The notes under the pieces are model-generated. The model saw nothing but the letters and a program-made list of their open reading frames with translations. It searched no databases and was not told where the DNA came from. From positions 5,978-68,297 of the forward strand of contig MQRK01250859.1 of assembly GCA_001938485.1 (NCBI GenBank): a stretch of DNA of 62,320 bases. The letters are read 5' to 3'. A program made the translations under genes and the position numbers. The stretch is from Girardia tigrina. Taxonomy: Eukaryota. Positions 1 through 11,169 of this stretch are shown in pieces. How positions within the stretch are numbered: position 1 is the first letter of the stretch; every line of letters starts with the position of its first letter.

Positions 1-54
<54 letters not shown>
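1..54. repeat. (TA)n microsatellite
   Basis: Direct TA run. Similar runs at about 10114-10172, 11086-11106, 18963-18994, 54482-54574 (gapped) and 61283-61321. Confidence 0.95.
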
Positions 55-58
<4 letters not shown>

Positions 59-935
59 GGTGAACCAAGTCTTTTCGTATTTTCTACGTCTTTTTGTTCA
101 ATTTTTTATTACCAAATAAAGATATTTTATTTACATGTATTATATGTTTTTAAAGCTCTTGAACTGCTCTATCATATTATATATTAAAACTTCTAATTAG
201 TCGTTAATATAATTTTTATGGTCTTTTAGAAAAATCATTGAAAATTTTTTAATTCGTTTTCTTTTACGCCTTTACTGGAAACAGGGCTTAAACGTAACTG
301 CAGCAACATAGAAGATATGCGAAGTTGAAGGCGATAATGTAGCCTCAAATCGCACTGCACAAAATTCGTTCAAAAGGATCAACGAAGGCGACATTGACAT
401 CGGAGACAATTGACTCGGAGAGACATTGACCACGTTCAGTCCGACCTATCACCGTAGATTCCGGAGCAATTTGTGAAGCCGTTGAGACAAATCTGTCAAT
501 AAGTACCCGCAGATTGTCGGCCAAACTCGATATTCCTCAAATATACATTGTACGACACCTTCACGCTCTTGGCAAGGTCAATAGACGATGTCGAGAAGTG
601 CCTCATGAATTGACAAAAATTCAAACCGAAAAGCGTTTCGAAACTAAAAAAAATGTCAAAAATTACCTGAATGACCGTTTCATCCGTCGAATTGTAACTT
701 GCGATAAAAGGGGGTTTATTTCAGTTATCCAGACCAACAAAATCAATGGTTGGACCCCGGACAAATGGCGAAACCGGTAGCGAAACGAGATCGTTTCTCA
801 AGGAAGGCACTTTTGTGTGTTTGGTAGAATTTCGAAGGCGTGATTCACTTCGAGCTGGTTTCAAATGGTCGTACCATCGACGTTGAACTTTACTGCACCC
901 AACTTGATCGAATGTACGCGGTACTTGGCGATTAG
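55..935 (+). mobile_element. Mariner transposon, 3'-truncated and degenerate
   Basis: TA|TTAGGGTGAACC TIR-like start. Frameshifted transposase motifs: LYWKQG..TAA, VPHELT (WVPHEL motif), RIVTCDK (first catalytic D), LCVW.NFEGVIHFEL. Confidence 0.85.
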
Positions 936-944
936 TAATCATCA

Positions 945-1360
945 GACATTAAATGGTTCAGTGCAAAATCTGCAAATAAAAAAAACTCGATTCATTAAGG
1001 TGAATTGATTGTGAGAAAATGTATGTGTGTAAATGTAAATGTGTTTATTGATTAACGTATATGTATGTGTTATTGAAAAAGAAATATATGTAAATAAAAT
1101 AAATATAATTGTTGAAATATATTTTGGTGGATTTTCCACCATCTTCAGGCTGAATTAACAACAATTTTGCTGTCTTATATATAGCAAATTGATGATTATG
1201 CAAACATCTTGCGTAATAACTAATTAAATATTTTCAACAAATTGGAAGAGAGACTTGTTTGTACATTAATGGACGGATTAAGTGATTTAATCAATAATGC
1301 CTCACAAGTAACTCTTTCCCAATAATTTTTAAAATTACTGCACAATATTTTAAAACTAAT
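945..1360 (-). mobile_element. Penelope-like element 3' end / pseudo-LTR fragment
   Basis: 1125-1355 is near-identical to 31567-31797, which encodes a GIY-YIG C-terminus (NYWERVTCEALLIKSLNPSIN). On the minus strand this is followed by a hammerhead-like motif and a CA-rich tail. Confidence 0.85.
1113..1150 (-). ncRNA. Degenerate minimal hammerhead ribozyme (G12A)
   Basis: Minus strand reads GC-CTGAAGA-T-GGTGG-AAAAT-CCACC-AAAA-TATA-TT; the core GAAA is changed to AAAA. Confidence 0.7.
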
Positions 1361-1409
1361 TTTAAAAAAAATTAAATTAAATTATTTTTAATTAGTAAGA
1401 ATCAAAGAA

Positions 1410-1510
1410 AATATCAATCATCCATCTGTGCAGGAGAGGCACAATCCGAATCAACATACAACATGCACAATATCAACACACAATTCAAAACATTCCTCAC
1501 ACATTCAAAC
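1410..1510 (+). repeat. CA-rich dispersed repeat, probably PLE pseudo-LTR/5' leader
   Basis: ATCATCCATCTG..GGAGAG.CACA..AATCAACATAC motif recurs at 14717-14805 (+) and 55190-55270 (-). The last copy lies directly upstream of a PLE-like ORF start. Confidence 0.6.
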
Positions 1511-2239
1511 AGACATTTCAAGGAAAAAAGTATATTTTACCTATTATAGATAAATTTAGTCGATATATTTCTTTAAATGTTGTGGACAAACAAGATGAAA
1601 AGACAAATGCTTATATACTTTTGAATCGATGGATATTAAAATATGGTGCACCTTGAGTAATGTATTTCGATTGTCGAAAATCGTTCCAATCCAAAATTAT
1701 GAAGGAATAGTAGAACGTTATAAAATTCAGATTCAATATTCAAGCCCATATCATCACAACACCAATGGGCTAATCGAAAGACAATTTAGGACAATTCGAG
1801 ATTTTATATCTTCTTCTTTAAAAGATAAAAATGGAAAACTTGGGTCGACTTATTGCCAGAAGTTGAATATTCCTTAATTACCACAACACAAAAGTCAATC
1901 GGAATGAATTCAGCAAAAGTCGTATTGGGTTTCCAGATAGATAGGCAATGGAATAGTATTAAAGAGTTAGGAAGAAATCGTGAAGATATTTTAAATACCG
2001 TTAGACAGAATCAAAATAAAATTGCATATGATAATAGTAAACGGGGAAATAGAGAATTTAATGAGGGAGAACATGTTCTAGTAAAAGTTGAAACCGAAGT
2101 AATAAAGATGATAACCTTAACGAGGGGCCGATGAAAATTCATAAAAAGCAACATGACAGAAGCTATGAATTACAAGATAAAAACGGAAAATTATTGGTAA
2201 GGAATATAGAGTGGTTGAAACCTTTTAAAACGACAGGGA
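1510..2239 (+). mobile_element. Gypsy LTR retrotransposon integrase 3' fragment
   Basis: YSSPYHHNTNGLIERQFRTIRD integrase core and a C-terminal RNIEWLKPFK, then a purine-rich tract abutting TGTTAG. Confidence 0.85.
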
Positions 2240-2453
2240 TGTTAGATATTATAAAATTAAATTTAAATTAATTAAATAAAATATTACACAATCAACAAAT
2301 TTAGAATAATTATATATTTGTATTATATAACTATTACGGGGTCGAGAGCGGAGTTAACCTTTGACTCTCCATTTATTCTGTATATAACTGATGTATGTGT
2401 TTGTAATTTAGTTTATTAAATATATTTTAGAGAAGATCTTTTGTCTTCTAACA
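2240..2453 (+). repeat. Putative 3' LTR (214 bp)
   Basis: Begins TGTTAG immediately after the purine tract and ends CTAACA, a 6-bp terminal inverted repeat with TG...CA ends. Confidence 0.75.
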
Positions 2454-3569
2454 CGTGGAATTCAATCTATTAATTCAATTTATTTAATTTTTTTGTTGTT
2501 TTAAATTACTTTTTTAATTGTATTTTTTGAAAAGGTTGTAATTAGAAATGCTTTAAATTGCTTTAAATTACTTTTAAAATTTTCTAAATTATTATATTAA
2601 TTTAAAATTTTCTAAATAAATTATTTGGCCAGATTATTTTTTACTAATTCCTAAAAAACATTTAGTCAAAACGATAAAAATAATATTTCTTCGTAGTAGG
2701 AGAACGTCAAACGATCAATATCAGTGTTTATTGCGTATTTTTGTGCTGGATTTTCAAAATATTAACCTCAAAAATATGTCAACTAAATCCTAATGTAAAA
2801 AAGCCTTTTTCTCTAGTAAAATTTATTTCAGACCTCCAATACCTGTTTGGAGTCAAGAAATAAGGATGATATGTTTTCTATTGAAATAAAAATACTTGGT
2901 CTGCAATCCGATCTATCTTGGAGACGCAGTGGTAAAATATTTTTATGTCGACCAAAAAATAATAAAAAAAATTTCCATAAGTCTGAGGAAAACTATTTGA
3001 AAACGATGAATTATATAATATTATTTATTTACAGTTATATAATTTTCATTATTTTTAAGATTTTTTAACAAATATGTTTAAAAAACAATCACATTTATCT
3101 TTTGTCAAAGAAAAATCAATTTGTCGATATCAAAAAGCTTATTTTGTAAAAGTATTTTAAAATAACAATGAAAATAATCGTAAAGATTTAGAAGATCAAA
3201 ATTTCTCAACTCTGAAGTAACTTTAGTGATTTTTTAAAAAAAATAGAAGGAAATAAAGTACTACATTGATTGTGCGTATCGAAGTTTAAATATTATTGGA
3301 AACTATGTCATAGTCAAGGTAAATTTGGTAGTAATATAGTTTATGTAGCAAAATTCACCTCTAATATAATAATATAAATTTTAAAAATATGCGAAAGTCA
3401 ATAAAACTGTATTAACTAAGGACTGAGTGAGAAAAATATTACTAACTTTAAATCTCTATAACTCCAACATAAATTCACAAATTACATAAAACTAATCAAG
3501 TAGGCCGTTGTTTGAATAAATCAAAATAAAATTCATTTTAGTATTTATTTTTAAATTTCATTTTTCATG

Positions 3570-4510
3570 AATATGTCTTCAGAAACTGGAAGTTACGAAT
3601 TAATTATTCTTTGATTTCAAGAAAATCCACAATCAGAAAACAATTTATAATTCTATTAAAAACTTCAATGAGAACTTGAAGGTTTTCAGAAAAATTGGTT
3701 CAGGAAGAAGAAAGGATTTTTTGTGTAAATAGAATGTGAAGAAAGTAAAGGCTCTGTTAGAGAGAAATCCTCGTCTATCAAATCGAAAACTGATGGTAAA
3801 TGCAAATTGTAGCGAGAATTCAATTCGTAAAATTAAATAATCTGTGGGTTTAAAAACGTATAAAGTTCTAACAGTACCTGATGGGTACGCTAACAAGAAC
3901 GTATAGGCGCAGCAGCGAGTTAGAAAGTTGAAATCTGGTTTTCTTGCGAAGAAAAAAATGTTGCATTAAGGATGCTCTGCGAGTTTTCCCAGTTACCCGG
4001 ACAAGAATTTTACTCTGCAACTAAGAGAGAAGGAGTTGAAGAAAAAATTAGAAGCAAGAAAAACATTAAGTTTTCCAAAAATTTTTTGTTTGACAGGCTA
4101 TAGGAAAAGGATTAAATGCTTTGTCACATTGGGCACAATAAACTAAGAAATCTATGGAAAAGAGTGCTCACAAAAGCGTTTATTACCATTCATAAGTCAG
4201 CACGGAGGTCTTACTTTTTTTTATTGTGGCACTATGGTAAGGCAGCCAAGAAGTGGTACGAAGACAATAACGTCGATTTAGTGCAATGAGAGGCAAATCC
4301 ACCAAATTTTCCAGAGCTTCGCCAAATCGAAAGATATTGGTCCCTGGTAAAAAGGAAATTAAAGACGAAAAACAAGAGAACACAGAAAATTGCAGATTTT
4401 GTGAAGAAGAGGAATAATGCAGCCAAAAACTAGAAACTACAATTGCAAGTTAATGGCAGGCATTCCAGAAAAGCTCGTAGAATTTATTCAAAAAATAAAT
4501 AATCTTTCTT
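3570..4510 (+). mobile_element. Degenerate Tc1/mariner-superfamily transposase, ITmD37E (DD37E)-like
   Basis: Frameshifted pieces RKTIYNSIK..RKIGSGR, LERNPRLSNRKL and HYGKAAKKWYEDNNV..NPPNFPELRQIERYWSLVK resemble DD37E motifs. TIRs not located. Confidence 0.7.
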
Positions 4511-5551
4511 AGCTTACTAAAATTATTTTGAATTAAACACATTTTTCAAAACAGTCGTTATTTTTTTTCAATCAAAAATAACGTTTAAGATGATTTTAAA
4601 GTTAGTAATATTCTTTGCACTCAGTCCTTAATAACGTTACAACGGACAGACAAAGCAAAGGTATCAGTGGATCACAACAAAAAAGAAATAGTATAATTTG
4701 AAAGAGTAAAAAATAATTATTAGTTACTTGAAGCGTCTGAGTAAGAATCAACCAATAGTTAAGAATCATGGGGATAGTACAGAAGTCGTTTGGTTTTGGA
4801 TTCATAAAGTTGATATTATTTGTTTTTGACTATATTTCGTAATTTGGCGAAATACAGAAGTAGTTCATTGTATATTTTTCGGTTGGCAGTAATTTTTGAT
4901 GATTATTTCAGCACAATAACAGTAGGTTCCTTTTTCCTGATTATTCGAGTATAAAACAGAAATTGATCATCAGTCACATTTTTAGTAGTCAGATAATTAT
5001 TATTATTCTTTTTTGAATTAAATTTAATAATAAGGAATATTAATTATTAATTTTAACTTATAATTTATTTATATTATAAATATTTATTTTATTTTAATGT
5101 GGTTGTACTGGACCAACAACTTGGAGGTGGCAGCTAAAATCATTGCTCCCAAGTAGCACTGATCTAGAACAACTGGATGATATCGTAAGATATTACAGAA
5201 ACGATAATTTAGTAAAACAGTTTAGATTAAATGAAAAATTTATTTAGAGTAATTATTGGCCTCATTTTAAAAAAGAAAAATAAAATGGAAGAAAATATTT
5301 TCGTATGATGAGTTTCCATGTGTTGAGAAGTCACATAAACATTGTGATTGTTAAGAATTAGCATTCATTTTTCGTTAGTTATTTCGGAATTCATGATTAT
5401 TGTTTACATTTTTTTAATTGTATCTTCAATAAGTAATGAGGAGATAAATTTAACTTGAAATGTTTGTTCAGTATTCTATAAATACAGTCAACCATATACA
5501 ATATGAACACTAGCGTTTTAAAGTGTTTTTCATGGTTTTTAAGATAACAAT

Positions 5552-5773
5552 NNNNNNNNNNNNNNNNNNNNNNNNNNNNNNNNNNNNNNNNNNNNNNNNN
5601 NNNNNNNNNNNNNNNNNNNNNNNNNNNNNNNNNNNNNNNNNNNNNNNNNNNNNNNNNNNNNNNNNNNNNNNNNNNNNNNNNNNNNNNNNNNNNNNNNNNN
5701 NNNNNNNNNNNNNNNNNNNNNNNNNNNNNNNNNNNNNNNNNNNNNNNNNNNNNNNNNNNNNNNNNNNNNNNNN
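5552..5773. other. Assembly gap
   Basis: N run. Other gaps at 13872-14636, 19125-19149, 42271-43203 and 54502-54551. Confidence 1.
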
Positions 5774-6512
5774 GTTACGGTAACCGTGGTACTTGTGATT
5801 ATACTTGTGTACATTAGATGATTATACATATGTTATGTATTATATTGGTGCATGGTTGTAGTACAATAGAAGTTTTTACATGTAGATTTTACATGTAAAA
5901 TAAAATGTTATGTATCTTGGTTACGGTAACCATAGTACTTGTGATTATACTTGTGTACATTAGGAGATTCATGATGTATTGTTTGATGGTAAACAACATA
6001 CATATATCATATGGGTTTCAGATATATACGAAAAAATAGATTTTTGAGCACTTTTTTGAGTATTTCAGAAATTTTCAAAAAAATCGATATTTCAGCACTT
6101 TTTCGAAAATGTTTACATGGAATCTGAATGTACGTATATGGCTTCCTATTCAAGTGCATTAGCACTTTTTTGATATTCTGCTTCCTTGTATTTTTAAAAT
6201 CAATGTGCAATTTGTGCAAATTTGCACATTATGCTTATTACAGAGAAAAGTAATTAATATATGAAAATTTGAATTGTATATTCAAATAGAAAATCAATAT
6301 ATGCATCAAACACATGATATCTATTTTGACACTGGTACTTTTAAAAAAATTTATGTATTGATTTTTACACTTTTGCACATGTGCAACTTGAAAAGCACTG
6401 TGCTAGCACGTTTAAAATGTTCGGCAAAATGTGCACTATCGATTAGCACTTTAAAAATATCAATTGGCACATCTGGGCACTTTATTCTACGGTCCTTAGT
6501 GATGGGGTTACG

Positions 6513-6865
6513 GTTGCTATGGACACTGGAACCGTTACCATGGTTACAACCGCCTTGGAACACTGTATCTGTTGCCAATGAAAAACGTCCCTTGGTTACC
6601 GTTACAATGGTAATCAAGGTCTTGGTTACGATCACCAAGTGAACCGGAACGGTTGCTATCGTACCAAGGACCAATCAGAAGCGTTTCTAAGTGAACCGGA
6701 ACCGTTGCTAAGGTAACCGGAACCGTTGCTGCCTAGGCTAAGGTCATCGCGACCGTTGCTAGGGAATCAAGGAACCAATCAGAAGCGTTTCCAAGTGAAC
6801 CGGAACCGTTGCCATGGTAACCGTGCCCGTTGCTATGGTGATCGCGACCGTTGCCATGGCAACGG
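6513..6865. promoter_or_regulatory. Array of RFX X-box-like palindromes with CCAAT boxes
   Basis: GTTRCYATGGYAAC-like units start at 6513, 6534, 6571, 6601, 6652, 6704, 6725, 6755, 6808, 6829 and 6850. Perfect GTTGCCATGGCAAC at 6850-6863; CCAATCAG occurs twice. Confidence 0.55.
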
Positions 6866-9149
6866 CCTCCTCCCGGGGGTGTCATGTGGGGAGAACATAC
6901 ATTTTTCCCCTACTTTATTTATTTGCATCTATTTTTTTCAATTTTTATATTTGTTATTTGTAATTTATTACCTCATAACAATGTATGGTTGTTATGATGA
7001 TTTATAATTATTATTCGAAATTGAATACTTAAAAATTCAATTAATATTATTATTAACATTACCTGTCTAAATGCGTTCAAGAATTTCCTTGTGTGTTTTC
7101 TCAATCATCAAATATAATATCACAAAAAATCATCGCATCGCTTTCACATGTGAGCGCTGTGAACAAATTTTTTTATAAGTATCCATCATTATTTTTCCCG
7201 ACTCCGCAGTTCGGAATATACGAGACATTATCGAAGAATTTCTTATCAAGCTATTTATGTAGACAGTAACAAGTTATTGATTTTCTCCGACAACCGAACA
7301 GTTATTGATATTGGACATCATCTGAACTGAGTTATAAATTTTTGCCAATGACTGAACTACAATATCTATCGCCGACGTATTCTCTTTGTGGGAATTATTC
7401 GTAAGATTATTTGACTTTTATTTACTGTCTGTCAAGAACCTATTCTTTGTATGATCACTACCTGTGATTTTCATTTTCTCTTCAACGGTATAAATATTGT
7501 TAACTTTACTCAGTTAAATTAAATTATTTTATTATTTATTTATGTCAATTTTCTTCATAACTATTGCCTATAGTAATTGGTGTGGAAAATGTTCGATAGT
7601 TTATTTTCTAATGACCTTCTAGCTTTTTCCCTTATTATTTACACTAAAGAAAGATTGTTTTTTGATGAATGAATATGTTAAGAATAACCTTTATCTTCGT
7701 CAGATAATTTTAGTAATTTAATGCTTCTCTTTTGTTTAGAATTTGTTTCTCATTTTCATAAAAGACAGTTTAAAATGAAATATTAAACAAATGTCTAAAT
7801 TATTGATTTACTTTACATTTCTTTTGTGCATTGTTCAAAATAAACAGTGTTCGTTATACAAAACCTATTTTCCCATAAAAACCATATTATTTCTATTAAT
7901 TTTTGACTTAAATGTTTATATTAAACTTTGTGCATATTCAGCAGAGTTCATAATAAACAGTGTTGACTGTACTTATAATTGCTTTCTTCTCTACCTAGAA
8001 GATAAGGTAGTCAAAAGGTGATCGAAAGACCATCATGCAGACTATTCCTTAGACATCAATGATCTTATTCTGGATCATTGTGTAGATACTGGTATTCTTA
8101 TTAACAACTTGTTCAGGATTATAAGAACAGTTAATATTTGATTTTAAGTAAAACATTAGGAAAATTTAAAACATAAAAAATTTTGAAGAAATATATATTT
8201 TAAAAAATTATAAAAATATATAATATAATAGAAGTAAATTTCAAAAATTGAATTTTTAGGAGAAAAGAAAATTTAGTTTCATATTTGATAATTTGCAAAA
8301 TAAAAATGTTTATAATATTTTAAAAATGGAAATAAAATAATAATCTTTTTTTAAAATATACATATTTCAGCTAATATAATTTTTGTTTGAATAAACATTA
8401 TTAAAGATTAAATTTTATGGTAAAATAATCTTTTGAAAAAAAATTATTATCTTATGAAAATAAAGTAATGTTATATTATTTTTTCTTTCTCTCTCTGTAC
8501 ATATGACGAAATTTGATAAAATATATGTTTTTATTAAAAATAGATTTTCAGTTTAATTTAATCAAAAGTTGTAATTTTTAATTTTGAATATATTTAAGAA
8601 AATAATTATTAAAAAATAATAATTATTAAATTTCGAAAATCAACCAAAACTTGAAATAATCAAATTTGACTTTTAATTTTCAAACAAATGACAAAGATAA
8701 ATTATTCCTTTTCAGTAGTTTTTGATCAAGTTTTATCGTAAACCCTTTTGTTTTATTAAAATAAAGATTATTAGATAAAATTATAAAAAAAAATAAATTT
8801 TGTTTGTATCTTTGTAATTTTTTTCTAATTCTATAACATTATTTTTTTAATATTATTAAAAAGAAGATCTTGCGGAATTAGTTTTTTTAACACAACTCAT
8901 TTATTTATTACTTTGTTAGAAAGTTTTACTGTATTACAATTGTTTTTTCTGGTTTTTAGTAATTTTAATCAATGGTTATGAATTTATCTGAAGTTTGCTT
9001 GAATTGCTGTAAATATTAATTTGCAACATTCATTTATTCACGTTTCAAATCCATGTCTTGAAAACGCAATGCTTGCAAAGCGTGCACCGTAGCGTGGCTG
9101 TGGGTGGCGATGTTAGGGGTGTCGATAATTTCATGCATTTTATTCTTGA

Positions 9150-9399
9150 TCGATTAATCACCCATAAACAATTAATCTCTTGGTAGTCTCTGATCATTTC
9201 AAACTGATCGCTGCATTGAATACCCTGCTCGACTGGCTCTCCGACATCGGCCAAAGAATTGGCATCCTCATTCACTTCTTAAGTAACCTTAAAATCAACA
9301 ATTTCAGTTCCATTATGCGTGCACTCATCGAGTTAAAGTCAAATTGTAATTAACCGGTAAAACATTTCTTGGTAATCGATGTTCGTGGGTTTCTATCAT
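9150..9399 (-). pseudogene. M1-family (puromycin-sensitive/aminopeptidase N-like) aminopeptidase fragment
   Basis: MIETHEHRLPRNVLPVNYNLTLT, frameshift, then LDECTHNGTEIVDFKVT*EVNE. This matches the RLP..V.P..Y.L.L....F.G N-terminal motif of M1 aminopeptidases. Confidence 0.6.
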
Positions 9400-10111
9400 T
9401 TTTACTTTGACGTTTTTTAATGAAAATTTTGTGTTGCAATAACTACTACAATTTTATTCATAGTATAGTTGAACAAATAGTGATTGAAGCACGCCAACAG
9501 TGTACAACGGGGACTAGGTAGGTTCGATGTTTTGACAATACACAGGTATCTCTGAATTTCTCTGCTACGTCGAACATATATATGTTCGATTGGACCAATA
9601 TTATTGTTATCCCTCCTCCACTTCTCAGCAACATATATTATTATGTTATTACTAATCATCATCAACGGATTATTACTCCTTCTTACCCCTGTCACTCAAG
9701 GGATGTGGCGAAAAATATCAAGGATGTTACTGCAACTGTCGCAAAGTTTATGGACATGACTCACGTCACGGTATGATAGTACAGATGAAGAAATCCAGAT
9801 CAGATCTGCCGAACGTTGAGACTAAAAGTGACTTCTTGTAACAAACTCTATTTTCCACCTGGATTTTACAATGTAAAATTTACATGTAATAATAACTGTT
9901 TTTACTCATTTTTCGCGAACAGTAAAACTGTAGGACTACTATTGCTGTATTTAACGGACTATAGCTTGAAAGCTTGGGGGTGACTTCAATAGCCCTTAAT
10001 TTAGAAATAAAAAAATATTAAATACATGTTTGCAATTCATCGGTTAAAAGGTCACAAAAATTTAGTTGTCTGAAAACGGTTCGATTAATTTAGTATATTT
10101 TCAACACAACT

Positions 10112-10172
<61 letters not shown>

Positions 10173-10175
<3 letters not shown>

Positions 10176-11085
10176 AGTTTTGTAAACGCAAGTTTAGTAT
10201 TTCGAAAATATAATTTGATTAAAGCTTTTTTTATATAATTATTGGACATGTTTCGATGTTTACATACATCATCATCAGCAATTTTCGGATGTTTAGCATA
10301 TGAATATTGAATTGTTTGAATAATACAATTTTAACAGATATATTTACTTTAAAAGGTAACGAAAAAATTAATTATTATTATTCATCAAAGTATTATTGGG
10401 TAATAATGGCAAAAAGAATATTTTAATTAAAATTTTTAAGTATTGAAATAACCTTACTTTGACCATTCTGAATGTTAATTGATTGTTTGTAGTGTCTTAT
10501 TAGTAGAGATTCACAAAACTGTCGTTCGTAATGTGAATCAAAACCCTTTGTAGAACAGAAAACTCATCTTTTGAAATGGATGAGGTTCTATCCTTACAAC
10601 ATAACCAATGATCAAGAACCTTACTCGATCGACTCATTTGCGAGTGCTCGCTAATCCGGGTTTTGAGATGACGATTTGTCTCTCCGATGTACGAGTTTTG
10701 ACACCCGTGACAATTAAATTATATACCAGATTAGTTTGCAAATCACAAACTGTTTTCGATTTGTTTGAGAGGATACTTTGAACTTTGGATGTGACAGAGA
10801 CTACTTTAGCACTACTTATTGTTCTACAAATAGTCTTCTTAAATGCTCTAAATCATTCACAATCTGGAATTTTAATGATTTGTTTGTATTCTTCAGTATT
10901 TTCTTCTTTTAATTGTTTTTTAACTCGTGCATCTGTTCATAATTTGTCTAATGTTACCCTAATGTTGTGTTCTATTTGCTTGTTTGTATACATATTGTCC
11001 CTCAAGAGTCTTCTAAGAATATTTAAACCCTGATTTGCAATTTCAAAACTAGACGACAAATTCCAAACTCTGTGAACAAGCCCTT
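10173..11085 (-). mobile_element. 5'-truncated Penelope-like element flanked by (TA)n
   Basis: GLVHRVWNLSS..NILRRLLRDNMY (post-RT region) and a GIY-YIG region (TNLVY..CHGCQNSYIGETNRHL..R..E..ERQFCESLLI), then a 3' UTR with a hammerhead. Confidence 0.9.
10241..10282 (-). ncRNA. Intact minimal type I hammerhead ribozyme
   Basis: Minus strand ATTG-CTGATGA-T-GATGT-ATGTAA-ACATC-GAAA-CATG-TC-CAAT: full core, 4-bp stem I, 5-bp stem II, palindromic ACATGT stem III and a GUC cleavage triplet. Confidence 0.92.
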
Positions 11086-11169
11086 TTATATAATATATAT
11101 ATATACCCTCTCTATATTTTTCCTCACAAAAACTCCGTGGTGTTGTGTAAAGACCTGTATCTGTTTTTG

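Larger units (their letters stand above)
5515..6914. mobile_element. Terminal segment of a repeat ending in CTACT (5'-AGTAG); putative Maverick/Polinton TIR, copy 1
   Basis: Colinear with 56908-58067 (roughly 80% by eye), and homology stops at CTACT in both copies. Has internal subrepeats (5774-5818 vs 5920-5963). Family assignment is inferred from the AG-type terminus and length. Confidence 0.6.

Noticed and set aside
6513-6865. CRISPR-like interpretation of the spaced palindromes
   Set aside because: Spacers are short and themselves repetitive, there are no cas genes, and the context is eukaryotic.
6274-7007. ORFs across the X-box array
   Set aside because: Incidental open frames through a palindromic repeat with no recognisable domain; the second copy has no corresponding ORFs in the track.
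9830-9895. KLYFPPGFYNV peptide reminiscent of Polinton minor capsid motifs
   Set aside because: Too short and surrounded by stops; cannot be supported.
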